In this document: one piece after another, positions 43,300-55,300 of the stretch | How positions within the stretch are numbered: the stretch's first letter is position 1 | How the letters are laid out: every line of letters starts with the position of its first letter | Virus record (IMG/VR): IMGVR_UViG_3300009180_000022 | Source: a virus | DNA length: 64,000 nt | Reading direction: 5' to 3' (one strand) | Translations under genes and position numbers: made by a program | Notes under the pieces: generated by a model | Databases searched by the model: none | The model's input: only the letters and a program-made list of their open reading frames with translations | What the model was told of the DNA's origin: nothing

Positions 43300-45360
43300 A
43301 TGACCAAATTAGTAACAAAAGTTTTTAGTAAACATCTTATAGATCAGTTTGTCGAATCATTTACTGAGCCTGCTAATAGCGTGTATTACCTTGCCGCAAG
43401 TAGGCATATACCTTACAGTACCTCTAGTGGTGGTAGTGATGATTATCCACCTACACCCGGGGATAGCGTCCAAGATACACAGGTAGACCCCTACAATACT
43501 ATGGTATTCGGAAAAAAAGTAACTTCATCTGATATATCACTTATGATACCCAGGTACAACTGGACTACTGGCACAACCTATACATCATATGACCATACTG
43601 ATTCAGCATTGTTTGACAAACCTTTCTATGTCGTATCTTTTTCAGGTTCAGAATATTTTATTTATAAGTGTCTTGAAAATAATAGAAATAATCCTTCAAC
43701 CGTCGATCCAATATCCAGTACGTCAGAAGTCGCATTTAACCATATAACTACCGGTGATAATTATAAATGGAAGTTAATGTACAGGCTGCCAATGGCTACA
43801 TTTGAAAAGTTTGCAACAGCTGATTACATGCCGGTAGCACTAAGTAGTAACGTTTCAACTAATGCAATATCTGGTTCTATTGATTCAGTCAGAGTAGATT
43901 CCGGCACTCGTAATTGGATTTCTTCTTCTACTGGAGTTTTTAGTTCTGATGATATAGCTACCAGTATTCCAGATGGGCTAGGAACTCAACTGACGTACAG
44001 ATTAAATGCTAATTCATCAACTAGTTCTGATTTTTATCAGGGTAGTGCTCTATATATTTCTTCTGGTATAGGTGCAGGACAGCAAAGAAAAATTCTTTCA
44101 TATGAAGCTGTTACTAAGATAGCTGAAATAGACAGTCCGTTTGATGTAACCCCGCTAGCAGGATCTACTTACCTAACAGCACCGTATGTTACTATTACTG
44201 GTGATGGAGAAGGTGCAGTAGGTTTTGCAGCTGTAGCTTCAAATACAACAGTTAACAATTTTATTTATAGCGTATTAATAACTAACAGGGGCAGTAACTA
44301 CACGTATGCAAGCGCAGTAGTGACTGGTAATACTGGTGGTGATTCATATCCCCAAACAAATACAGTAGTCACTCCTATCATACCTCCAATAGGGGGACAT
44401 GGGTATCGTACTGTACAGGAACTAGGCAGTGATTCTATCGGTATTAGTGTTACTTTTGCAAACAACGAAAGTGGTTTTATTCCAGTAAGTAACGATTACC
44501 GCCAGATCATATTACTTAAGGATCCGTTATTTGATGGAGTCACATTAACCTTATCTAGCGCAACCGGTACATTTAGCCCTGGTGAGACTATTAATCAAAT
44601 TTCATACTCAACTTTAGTGGGAACGGTTGTTTGTAGCGCAACCTCCACTACAATAACCGGTACCGGTACTGAGTTTTTATCAGCTTTTAAACCTGGTGAT
44701 TCTATATTGTTAACTGATACTATTAGTACTTCTAAAAGCTTGAGAACGGTAGATACAGTTACTAGTAATACAATTCTTTCAGTAACATCAAACGTATCAT
44801 TCACACGTGCATCAGGTCAGTATGTTACAGTAGCTAAGGCCACAGTATTAGCAACTGGTATTAAGGTTGGTAATACAGGTAATTTCATTACAATGTCTAA
44901 TACTGAGGCAAAATTTTATACAGGTAAACCAGTCATAGGGTCCGTCTCTGGATACTTTGGCCCAAACGTAACAGCGATCAACGTACAGGATCACAACTTT
45001 AATAATTGGTCAACGTTTGATAATAGAACAAAAATATCATACATAAGTAATAATCAAGTGTTTAACACAGATGGGGTGGTATACCAAACAGCGACCGCAG
45101 ATAGTAGCCAATCAAACGCATATTTTCATTCAGCTAATGCCTCATTTATTTTTATAACTGATGATAGAGGACCTATTAACGCCGCCTCAAATGAGTATCT
45201 TCAACAGATAGGTAGTCCTGCAACATATGTACTTGGCGGAACTAAGTACCCACCCGACATTGTAAGATCGTCTGGAGAGATCGTATACATAGAGAACTAC
45301 AGCCCAATTACAAGATCAGATAATCAATCAGAAACCTTCAGATTAATTCTGAAATTCTAA
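43300..45360 (+). CDS. 8: baseplate wedge gp8-like (extended)
   Basis: IPRYNWTTGTTY, IYKCLENN, DNYKWKLMY, PPIGGHG, NDYRQI, SGEIVYIENYSPITRSDNQSE. Confidence 0.85.
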   Translation: MTKLVTKVFSKHLIDQFVESFTEPANSVYYLAASRHIPYSTSSGGSDDYPPTPGDSVQDTQVDPYNTMVFGKKVTSSDISLMIPRYNWTTGTTYTSYDHTDSALFDKPFYVVSFSGSEYFIYKCLENNRNNPSTVDPISSTSEVAFNHITTGDNYKWKLMYRLPMATFEKFATADYMPVALSSNVSTNAISGSIDSVRVDSGTRNWISSSTGVFSSDDIATSIPDGLGTQLTYRLNANSSTSSDFYQGSALYISSGIGAGQQRKILSYEAVTKIAEIDSPFDVTPLAGSTYLTAPYVTITGDGEGAVGFAAVASNTTVNNFIYSVLITNRGSNYTYASAVVTGNTGGDSYPQTNTVVTPIIPPIGGHGYRTVQELGSDSIGISVTFANNESGFIPVSNDYRQIILLKDPLFDGVTLTLSSATGTFSPGETINQISYSTLVGTVVCSATSTTITGTGTEFLSAFKPGDSILLTDTISTSKSLRTVDTVTSNTILSVTSNVSFTRASGQYVTVAKATVLATGIKVGNTGNFITMSNTEAKFYTGKPVIGSVSGYFGPNVTAINVQDHNFNNWSTFDNRTKISYISNNQVFNTDGVVYQTATADSSQSNAYFHSANASFIFITDDRGPINAASNEYLQQIGSPATYVLGGTKYPPDIVRSSGEIVYIENYSPITRSDNQSETFRLILKF

Positions 45361-45369
45361 GAGGACAAT

Positions 45370-48300
45370 ATGCCAATAGAGACAAATCTAAACACCACTC
45401 CATACTTTGATGACTATGATGAAGATAAGCAATTTCATCGCGTACTTTTTAGACCGGGTGTAGCGCTACAGGCAAGGGAACTTACCCAACTTCAATCAAT
45501 TCTTCAAAATCAAATTGAGAGATTTGGTAACAATATCTACCTTAAAGGTACTATTATAAGTGGATGTACTCTTTCAGCTGACTACGCTTATAATTATATA
45601 AAGATTTTAGACTTACAGGAAAATGGTGCACCAGTATCTCTTCAATCATATACTGAAAAGATTGGCATACAAGAAGCATCAGGCCTGAAAGCGTCTATAG
45701 TTAACTATGTATCCGGATTCCAAACATCAAATCCTGATTTAAATACCTTATATGTCAAATACTTAAATACAGGATCAAGCGGTGAAAAAGTTTTTGCTGC
45801 AGATCAAGTCATTAAAATATATAGTCCAACTCTTCCTATTGAATCTATTAGTATTGCAACTGGGGGGACAGGATATTCAAATAGTGATATAGTAGTTATT
45901 TACGGTACTTCTGGTACAGGGGCTACAGCAACAATAACGACCAACAGTCTGGGTAAAATTATCGATATATCGATGACCAATGGAGGAACGTCATATTCTA
46001 CTGTACCTGGGGTATATATTACATCAAGTGCAACTGCAGGGTCTATTACTGTAATTGGAGCATATACTACCACCGGTGGTATTACTGGATACCCGTCATC
46101 ACATTCTGGTAGTATAGGAGATGGATATATTGTTGGTGGATCTACTTTATATATCTGGAGCGGTACTGCTTGGGTTAAATCTGACGGGTCAGGGGCTATA
46201 TTTACAGCGCTTAATTATAATGCTCAAATTAGAGTCGCAAGTGATAGCTTTACAGCACCAGTCGGTGTAGGTGCAGCTATAAAGACAAGTCGTGGTATAA
46301 TATATCAAAAAGGAAACTTTATACAGGTTAATGAGCAAACAGCTTTATTACAAAAGTATACCACATACGTAGATAATAAAGTAGTAGGATTCTATACTAA
46401 CGAAAGTATTGTTAACAGTAATATAGATTCAACCTTATTGGACATAGCAACCGGTACTCCTAACTTTGCGGCTCCTGGTGCTAACAGATTAAAACTTAAT
46501 CCAACGCTCTCCGTTCTTTCTGCTGATGCTGCATCTGCCAATAACGACTATCTACCTCTTTTAGAATTTCAACTAGGCAATATTGTTAAAGACAGAACAA
46601 GCACACAGTTTAACTCCGTAAATAAGGAGCTTGCCAAGCGCACTTTTGAAGAAAGTGGTAACTATGTGTTAGAGGCCTTTAGTCTTGATACATCTACCGT
46701 TCCAACATCGAATGCTACTGTAAATAATAGTAATTATTTTACTACTGTATTAAGTCCAGGTACTGCATATGTTTCCGGGGAGCGGGTTAATTTACTAAAC
46801 ACAACTAAAGCATTAGTAAGAAAAGGCCTTGACACTATTACTGTACCTAATCAGTACATTAATACCTCGTATGGCAATTACGTTATTGTTAATGAACTAC
46901 AGGGCAACTTCGATGTGCGCGCAGGTACTACTGTTAGTTTAAAGAGTGCAGCTGCCACTTCACTGACACTTAATACAGGTACAATACCATCACCGGGTGT
47001 AACCGTTGGTACAGCAGTAATTAGATCTATTGAATATATGGCTGGTACTCCTGGCACACCTGCTGCTACTTATAAGCTGTATCTCTTTAATATCAACATG
47101 CAAGCCGGTAGGTCATTTAAAGATGTAAAGGCAGCCCATATCACTAGCACCGCAGTTGCTGATATTGTGCTGGTAGGTAGTCCTGCAATAGCTGTGCTTA
47201 ACGATACTGAACGCGACACACTAGTATTCAATACAGGATCGTACGCTGTACAGCAGCTAACATCTACTCAATTTATTTATAGAACATCTAGTACTACTAG
47301 TATTGGTGTAACTGGTTCTGTATCTTTTACAGTATCCGGAGAGAGTACTTCATTACCGTACGGCGTCGGCGCCCTGGGCAGTACTGATAAGCAGGACTTT
47401 ATAGTTATACCTACAACTGCATTTAGATTTAATGCAAACAATGCAGGCACTGTAACTGTTGCTGATGCTAGTACTACAATGGTTGTCGGTTCAGGTGCAT
47501 CCTTTACTACCTCATATGTTGCCGGGGATTACATTTCTATTAACAACGTTGTAAGACGAATCAACAGAATTATAAACAATGATTCGTTAGAATTAACAGC
47601 AGCATACGGTACTACTGTATCATCAGGTATAGCTCACTTTACCGCGTTTCCAGCGCTTACCCCTATTGATTTTACAAGAGCTGGACGCAGTATAACAGTA
47701 GCATCAACAACCTCATTTACACTTAATATAGGTGCGGCTATTAATACTGCTACGAATATTACAATATACCATAATTTATTGGTTGTAAATGCACCGATTA
47801 AAACAAAAACCTTAGTTGCTAACGTACATGTTAAATTATCTACTTCTTTAATAACTGCCTCAACAGTAGGTCCATGGTGTCTAGGAATACCTGATGTACT
47901 TTCAGTTGAAGGTGTTTACATTGGTTCAGGCTCGTATGCAACCGATGATACTACAAATTTTGTTAATGATTTTGTATTAAATAATGGTCAGAAAAATAAT
48001 ATCTACGGTCTAGCATATCTTTCTAAAAAACCAGGATCAACAGTAACCCTTACCGGTGCTAATCAATTGGTTGTTAAAGTAAAGGCATTCCAAATAAGTG
48101 ATGGTAGATATGCTTCTGCGCTATCATATCCAGTAGACGATGCGTCCGCTACTCTACCGAGTAACAAGATAAGAACACAGACTATTCCTATCTACATTTC
48201 ACCGTCATCAGGTGAGGCTATTTCCCTAAGAGATGCTATTGACTTTAGGCCTCATGTAAGTAATACTGCAGTATTAGCTACTGTTTTGGCTTCAGCATCT

Positions 48301-51300
48301 ATCGATCCTTCTTCAACTGAAACCTTGGTGGCTAGCGCTGATAAGTACTTCCCTGCGCCTTCTGAGTCTTTCCAGGGTTCAGTAGTTTCTTATCTAAGTA
48401 GAATTGATAGAATTAATTTGACCCAACAAGGTCAAATGAAAATAGTCGAAGGCGCGCCTGCCAACAATCCCCTACCACCACCTGTAGATACAGGGTGTAT
48501 GGATCTTGGACTGTTAAACGTTGCTCCATTCCCAAGCCTACCATCAAAGGTAGCTTCTGCTGCTGGTAGACCTGATCTTAAGAATTCAATCAGACAGTCA
48601 CAGACCCGTAGATATACCATGTCTGATATCAGTAGTCTGGATAAACGCATTCAAAGATTAGAATATTACACTGCGCTTAATACAATTGAAGCTAAAACTA
48701 AAAATCTAACCCTTACTAGTGAAGCTAACACGTCACTTGAAAGGTTTAAGAATGGATTTTTTGTTGATCCTTTAAATGACTACAGTATTTCGAATCTCAA
48801 TGATGGGGAGTTCAAAGCATTAATTGACCTGGATAGGACTAGATTAACCCCGCAGCAAATTATCACCCCAATTGATTTAAAGTACTCAGCTACCGGGAGT
48901 ACTAATGTTGTAAAGAATTTGGACTTAATTACTCTCCCTTACACCTCTGAAGTACTAGTAAGTCAACCACATGCTAATAAAGAAAGAACTTTAGTAACAG
49001 GATTCTGGAGTTTTGTTGGAAAAATGACAGTTGTTCCTAGAGTAGATAATTTCTTTGACACTCAAGTTACCAGCACTTCGGTTATTGATATTAACATTGC
49101 CGATCCGCTTAGGGCGCTTACAGACACAGTTAATCAAACCTTAGGTGCAATTAATTTAACTCCTAATGCCATTAAGACTACTAGTAGTGGAGTATCATTA
49201 ACAGGCACACAATATTCAAACCCAGATGCGTGGACTGTTAGAACTACACAAAACTTTGCAGAGACTCTAACAACCACCTTAGGTGTAAAGAATAACCAGA
49301 TCACTGTTGCTCCTACAGTAACCACAACACAGGATGTAGGTTCATATCTTAAGAGTGTTAATATTAACACATACATTAAGGCCCAAAGAATCTGCATGCA
49401 CGTTGCCGGTCTAAGACCAGGTGCACAGCACTGGGTATTTTTTGATGGTATAGATGTTACAGACCGTTGTTCCCAAGCTGATCTGATATCCAATATAACC
49501 GATCCTAATAAAGCTTCTGTTGATAATTTTAATCCAAGAACTAATAAGAATACCGGTGCTGGGTCACTATTTGCTGATAGCACTACCGGTATCTTATCAA
49601 TTATTCTGTATTTACCTAATGATACCTTTGCATCAGGTGAAAAGACAGTACTAGTAATGGATGTAAGTTCACTTGCATCAGAAACTAGCGCTACTTCTAA
49701 ATCTACTGGTAAATTCTCTTCATTTGGAATATCTGGAACTTCCGGTAATATTACAGCATCCACAAAAACATTTAACACCACCTCTGGAAGCCCGTTCGCA
49801 AATAAGACAATTGATAGTACAGAGGTTCTTAACACTACAACTAATAGGTGGTCTACATCAACTCAAGTTTCTAACTATCCACCTCCTCCTCCACCTCCCC
49901 CACCAGGCGTCGGGCCCATGGGCGGCCGCGGGGGCCCCGATCCATTAGCACAGACGTTCTATATTCAAGCACAGGGTCAGGTTGAATACGTGCACCTTAC
50001 ATCTATAGATATTTACTTTAAGGCTAAAGATGCCAATCTAGGCGTGTCATTAGATATAAGGGAAGTATCAGATTCTGGTGATGTGCTTCCATACATTTTA
50101 GGATTCGGTTCAGTGTATTTGCCTAGCGCATCGGTAAGTGTAGATAGTACACAAGCAAGCGTTGCAACAACATTTACATTTAGTTCACCTCTGCTAGTTA
50201 AGGCCGGACGTGAATATGCAATAGTACTTACGCCGGATGGTGGATCACCAGACTATAGAGTATGGACAGCTATACCTGGTATTGCTGATGTATTGAATCC
50301 AACATTAACACCTAATAAAACATGGGGTGATGGTACATTATTTTACTCAACAAGCAACAGAGCCTTTACTGCAATTCAGGACGAGGATATTAAATTTAGA
50401 GTTAATTATGCAATGTTTACACAAGTTTCAGGTACCGCAGTTCTTACTAACGACGATTCTGAATACTTAACTATTACTAATACTTCTGGTTCATTTAATG
50501 GAGGTGAGGATGTTGCGCAATACGCAAACTCATTCTTAAATACAACTATAACTACTAATAGTGCCTGTAACGTTATTTTAACTGGATCATCTCTGACCTC
50601 AGTACTAGCTCCAGGTACTTCGATTTTAATAGCTTATGGTACAGCAAATACAATTGGTCCAGGTACAGTTCAATCAGCAGGGCTAACCATAACTAATGCA
50701 ACATCAACCAGTACTTCTTTTATTACTACCATGAATTTTACAAGCGGTAGCTTTATTAGAATTGGTAATGAAATAAGGCAGGTTATTGCAGTTAACTCCG
50801 AAAACTCTCTTACTATTGATGTACCATTAAATACTGCAGCAGCAAGCAACAACCATTACACTGTTGTGTCCAAATTTGATGTTTTAAAAGTACAAGCAGT
50901 AACTTCTAGTCAGATTACTGTTAACAGACCACCATCATATACAACTAGTTCTATACTTGCTGCTAGTATTCAGCAGGCAGTTTCTGGTAAGGTAAAATAC
51001 TTTGATCCAACAGCAGGCGCACTTCATATAAGAGACTCAAATGCAGCTAACTCTATATTTAAAATTCTACCAGCAAATTCAACTTATAAAGCGTTAATGG
51101 TAGGGGATAGATCGGATGCCAGGGCAAGTGTATCTTCTATCGGTAGTATTGAAGTTCTCTCATTTACCCCGTTTATTAACGTTATCAATCCTACTGGAAC
51201 CAGCGTAACACAGACTTTAAATCTAACTAAATCTTCATCTGGTACTACCACAAGTGTTTCATTTCCATTGGCAGGAAAGACTGATTTAGACATAAACGAT

Positions 51301-52188
51301 ACAGCAATAGTTAAGAGTAAATCTAATGAAATTAGTGGCACTACTCTCACCAAGTCGCTTACCTGCACATTTACATTAGGTGCAGCTGCGTACGCTACTT
51401 CACCCATACTAGATGATTCTCCAGCATCCCTTGTTTCAAGCAGATACTTAATTAATAATTCGTACGCTAATGAAAATACAAGATACGGAAATGCGATGTG
51501 CAAGTATATTTCTAAACGTATTGTACTTGCTGATGGTATGGATGCTGAAGATATTAAAGTATACATATCAGCATACAAACCAGTAGGTAGTGAAGTTATT
51601 GTGTATGCTAAGATACTTAACACCTCTGATACAGAAGATTTTGTAAACAAAGATTGGACAATATTAAGTCAAGTTACTGAATCTTCTCTATTCAGCTCAA
51701 CATCCGATGAGTCTGATGTTAAGGAGTATGAATATACATTCCCAAGCACTCCGCCTTCTATCATAATAGGTGGCGCTATAACTGCAACAACTGCGTGCAA
51801 TGTTGTTACCGGTTTAAATACAGTGTTTAATACCGACCTTACAGTAGACAGTATTGTTAAAATTGTAAGGAGCAGTCCTACTACTGATTACTTTATTAGT
51901 ACCGTAAATGCTATTTCAAGCGGGACAAGCTTGATACTAGATTCACCTGTTACATTTAGTTCAACAGCAGCTGCTACTACTATTACTGGGCTTACCATGG
52001 AACGGGTTACTACCCCTCAAGCTGCATTTAAGTACAATCAAAATGCAAACATAGTAAAGTATTATTCAGCAGCGCAGCAGGAAATGGATTCATACAAATA
52101 TATGGCCATAAAGGTAGTGCTTTTATCTTCAAGCACATTTACTATTCCTAATGTTAATGATATAAGAGCGATAGCAGTATCGGTATAA
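45370..52188 (+). CDS. large virion structural protein, VrlC/DUF4815-like
   Basis: NLNTTPYFDDYDEDKQFHRVLFRPGVALQARELTQLQSILQNQIERFG, APGANRL, RFKNGFFVD, DPLAQTF. Confidence 0.85.
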   Translation: MPIETNLNTTPYFDDYDEDKQFHRVLFRPGVALQARELTQLQSILQNQIERFGNNIYLKGTIISGCTLSADYAYNYIKILDLQENGAPVSLQSYTEKIGIQEASGLKASIVNYVSGFQTSNPDLNTLYVKYLNTGSSGEKVFAADQVIKIYSPTLPIESISIATGGTGYSNSDIVVIYGTSGTGATATITTNSLGKIIDISMTNGGTSYSTVPGVYITSSATAGSITVIGAYTTTGGITGYPSSHSGSIGDGYIVGGSTLYIWSGTAWVKSDGSGAIFTALNYNAQIRVASDSFTAPVGVGAAIKTSRGIIYQKGNFIQVNEQTALLQKYTTYVDNKVVGFYTNESIVNSNIDSTLLDIATGTPNFAAPGANRLKLNPTLSVLSADAASANNDYLPLLEFQLGNIVKDRTSTQFNSVNKELAKRTFEESGNYVLEAFSLDTSTVPTSNATVNNSNYFTTVLSPGTAYVSGERVNLLNTTKALVRKGLDTITVPNQYINTSYGNYVIVNELQGNFDVRAGTTVSLKSAAATSLTLNTGTIPSPGVTVGTAVIRSIEYMAGTPGTPAATYKLYLFNINMQAGRSFKDVKAAHITSTAVADIVLVGSPAIAVLNDTERDTLVFNTGSYAVQQLTSTQFIYRTSSTTSIGVTGSVSFTVSGESTSLPYGVGALGSTDKQDFIVIPTTAFRFNANNAGTVTVADASTTMVVGSGASFTTSYVAGDYISINNVVRRINRIINNDSLELTAAYGTTVSSGIAHFTAFPALTPIDFTRAGRSITVASTTSFTLNIGAAINTATNITIYHNLLVVNAPIKTKTLVANVHVKLSTSLITASTVGPWCLGIPDVLSVEGVYIGSGSYATDDTTNFVNDFVLNNGQKNNIYGLAYLSKKPGSTVTLTGANQLVVKVKAFQISDGRYASALSYPVDDASATLPSNKIRTQTIPIYISPSSGEAISLRDAIDFRPHVSNTAVLATVLASASIDPSSTETLVASADKYFPAPSESFQGSVVSYLSRIDRINLTQQGQMKIVEGAPANNPLPPPVDTGCMDLGLLNVAPFPSLPSKVASAAGRPDLKNSIRQSQTRRYTMSDISSLDKRIQRLEYYTALNTIEAKTKNLTLTSEANTSLERFKNGFFVDPLNDYSISNLNDGEFKALIDLDRTRLTPQQIITPIDLKYSATGSTNVVKNLDLITLPYTSEVLVSQPHANKERTLVTGFWSFVGKMTVVPRVDNFFDTQVTSTSVIDINIADPLRALTDTVNQTLGAINLTPNAIKTTSSGVSLTGTQYSNPDAWTVRTTQNFAETLTTTLGVKNNQITVAPTVTTTQDVGSYLKSVNINTYIKAQRICMHVAGLRPGAQHWVFFDGIDVTDRCSQADLISNITDPNKASVDNFNPRTNKNTGAGSLFADSTTGILSIILYLPNDTFASGEKTVLVMDVSSLASETSATSKSTGKFSSFGISGTSGNITASTKTFNTTSGSPFANKTIDSTEVLNTTTNRWSTSTQVSNYPPPPPPPPPGVGPMGGRGGPDPLAQTFYIQAQGQVEYVHLTSIDIYFKAKDANLGVSLDIREVSDSGDVLPYILGFGSVYLPSASVSVDSTQASVATTFTFSSPLLVKAGREYAIVLTPDGGSPDYRVWTAIPGIADVLNPTLTPNKTWGDGTLFYSTSNRAFTAIQDEDIKFRVNYAMFTQVSGTAVLTNDDSEYLTITNTSGSFNGGEDVAQYANSFLNTTITTNSACNVILTGSSLTSVLAPGTSILIAYGTANTIGPGTVQSAGLTITNATSTSTSFITTMNFTSGSFIRIGNEIRQVIAVNSENSLTIDVPLNTAAASNNHYTVVSKFDVLKVQAVTSSQITVNRPPSYTTSSILAASIQQAVSGKVKYFDPTAGALHIRDSNAANSIFKILPANSTYKALMVGDRSDARASVSSIGSIEVLSFTPFINVINPTGTSVTQTLNLTKSSSGTTTSVSFPLAGKTDLDINDTAIVKSKSNEISGTTLTKSLTCTFTLGAAAYATSPILDDSPASLVSSRYLINNSYANENTRYGNAMCKYISKRIVLADGMDAEDIKVYISAYKPVGSEVIVYAKILNTSDTEDFVNKDWTILSQVTESSLFSSTSDESDVKEYEYTFPSTPPSIIIGGAITATTACNVVTGLNTVFNTDLTVDSIVKIVRSSPTTDYFISTVNAISSGTSLILDSPVTFSSTAAATTITGLTMERVTTPQAAFKYNQNANIVKYYSAAQQEMDSYKYMAIKVVLLSSSTFTIPNVNDIRAIAVSV

Positions 52189-52189
52189 T

Positions 52190-52396
52190 ATGAAAGTAGA
52201 AGGCACAGATTTCGTTCGCGATACACACAATAATGCACTGATAAATACAAATGTTAGTGCGTTTATTCTATATAAGCAGCAACGCAATACACTGATTGCT
52301 CAAAGCGCTCAAGAAATTGAGATATCAAATCTCAAAAATGAGCTTACCCAAATGAAAAATTTGCTACAAGAATTAATTAGAGACAAGAATGGCTAA
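52190..52396 (+). CDS. small conserved coiled-coil structural protein
   Basis: MKVEGTDFVRDTHNNALINTN...EISNLKNELTQMKNLL. Confidence 0.7.
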   Translation: MKVEGTDFVRDTHNNALINTNVSAFILYKQQRNTLIAQSAQEIEISNLKNELTQMKNLLQELIRDKNG

Positions 52397-55300
52397 ACCA
52401 GTATCAAACGTTACAATTGCAACCGACACCTTTGCCGGTTGGGTAGGAAAGAGTAATATTCTTTTAGATGCTCTTACTAACCTTACAGTTACAGTAGAAA
52501 CATCTACACTCGGCGCTAATGTATATGGTAATGGTAGTGTATTTGGTACGCTTTCAGCAAACGTACTAAGTGCAACAGTAATGAGGGGTGGAGGGGTTGG
52601 TAATACAGCCAACGTATCTACATTGACTATTGGTATAGCAAATTCTACAGTATCATCAAACGTAATTATTACTGGCTACACCGCCAATGTTACAGCAAAC
52701 AGTTTAAACGTTACTTCAAACTCAAACTTCTCTGGTAACACTCTAGTCTACAGTAATACTACCGGTAACGTCTCTGTTACAGCTACTAATACGGCTATAG
52801 GTGGTGGTTCTTTTGATGTTTCATCAAACACAAACATTAGATCTCGACTAATGTATGTATATGCAAACACCACCATTTCTGGTGCTAATACTATTATTAT
52901 CGCAGGTTCTGGACAGGCATCACAAACGTTTGATGCTAATGCTGCAGTTGAAACAGTTAATAATTCTATCGCGATAACAACAGCACCAACATATAGCATT
53001 AATGAACCGGTAGTATATACGGTTGCTGCTGGTAATACAGCGCTGGCCGGGCTTGTATCAGGTACAACGTATTACATTCAATTCTCTAATGCTACCAGTG
53101 TAAAATTATCTACCACACCCGGAGGTACAGCATTAACACTAACTAAAGGCCTAACACAAACCGGTCATAGTTTTGCCGGTATTAGCGGTAACGTTGCCAT
53201 TGGAGCATCTAATACTACCATTAGAGGTATTAATTTAAATATTCAATCAAATGTCAGTATTACAAGTGCAAATTTAAACTACACTAATGCAACAGGTAAC
53301 GTTTATGTAAATACAGCAATAGCATACATTACAGGTGGTAACGTAAGTATTACATCCAATACCTATATTAATACTACCAACACTACTGTTAATACTGCTA
53401 ACTTTTTACTGTCTGGGGGACAGGCTAACGTTACTTCTAACGTAAATATTACAAGTGCTAATTTAATTTATAATAACGCATCAGGGAATGCATCTATTAC
53501 ATCTGCTAATACTACTGTTGCAGGCGGTAACTTTAATATATCGTCTAACGTCAGCATTACAGGTGCTAATTTATCTTATGTTAACGCGTCTGGTAATGTA
53601 AGTATTAATACTGCAGCCGTATATGTTAGGGGTGGTACCGTAAGGGTATTCTCCAATAGCATATCATCCGGTGCTAATACTATTATTATAGCAGGTTCAG
53701 GTCAAGCATCACAAACGTTTGATGCAAATGCTGCTGTAGAAACAGTTAATAATTCTATAGCGATAACAACAGCACCAACATATAGCATCAACGATCCGTT
53801 AGTTTATACGGTTGCAGCAGGTAATACTGCACTTACCGGGCTTGCATCAGGTACTACCTACTATATCCAATTCTCTAACGCCACCAGTGTAAAGTTAGCC
53901 TCAATACCGGGCGGATCAGCGCTTACACTAACTAAAGGCCTAACACAAACCGGTCATAGTTTTGCCGGTGTTAGTGGTAACGTAGTTATAGGTTCCTCTA
54001 ATACTACAATTAGAGGTATTGATTTAAATATTCAATCGAATGTTAACATTACAAGTGCTAATTTAATTTATAATAACGCATCAGGGAATGCATCTATTAC
54101 ATCTGCTAATACAACTGTTGCAGGTGGTAACGTAAATATATCGTCTAACGTCAGTATTACAAGTGCAAATTTAAACTACACTAATGCAACAGGTAACGTT
54201 TATGTAAATACAGCAATAGCATACATTACAGGTGGTAACGTAAGTATATCGTCTAACGTGAGTATAACAGGTGCTAATTTATCTTACGTTAGCGCGTCTG
54301 GTAACGTAAGTATTAATACTGCAGCCGTATATGTTAGGGGTGGTACCGTAAGGGTATTCTCCAATAGCGTCACGTCTGGTGCAAACACCATTATTATAGC
54401 AGGTTCAGGTCAAGCCCTCGCTACATTTAATTCTAATACTGATGTAGATAATACAACAGGGTTAATTACCATAGGCGCAACTGCGGCTAGCTACACAGTT
54501 AATGATCCGTTAGTTTATACGGTTGCAGCAGGTAATACTGCACTGACAGGACTTACATCAGGGTCTACCTTTTATATTCAATCTACAACTAGTACGGCCA
54601 TAAAGTTATCTTCAATACCAGGTGGTGCTGCAATCTCCCTTACAAAAGGAGTAACTGAAGCAGGTCACAGTTTTACAGGAGTTAGTGGTAATGTAGTTAT
54701 AGGTTCCTCTAATACCACCATTAGAGGTATTGATTTAAATATTCAATCGAATGTCAGTATTACAGGTGCAAATTTAAATTACACTAATGCATCAGGTAAT
54801 GTTTATATTAATACTGCAATAGCATACATTACAGGTGGTAACGTAAGTATATCATCGAATGTTAACATTACCAGCGCTAATTTAATTTATAACAATGCAA
54901 TTGGTAACGCATCGATTACATCTGCTAATACTACTGTTGCTGGCGGTAACTTTAACATATCATCTAATATTAGTGCTACCGGTGTAACCTTAATATACAA
55001 TAACGCATCAGGGAATGTATCGATTACATCTGCAAATACAACAGTAGCAGGTGGCGTGTTGAATGTTACATCCAACACCAATTTAAGACCTGCCCAGGTT
55101 ATCGTATATGCAAATACTGTTATGTCAGGCGCTAATGTTGATATTATCGCAGGTTCTGGACAAGCATCACAGTCGTTTAATTCTAATACTGCTGTAGAAA
55201 CTGTTAATAATTCTATTGCAATAACAGCATCATCAACATATAGCATTAACGATCCGGTAGTGTATACTGTCGCCGCTGGTAATACAGCACTTACCGGGCT

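Noticed and set aside
49875-49940. GC-rich poly-Pro/Gly stretch as a foreign insertion or intein
   Set aside because: Short, in frame, immediately before the conserved DPLAQTF motif, with no intein termini; best read as a variable linker.
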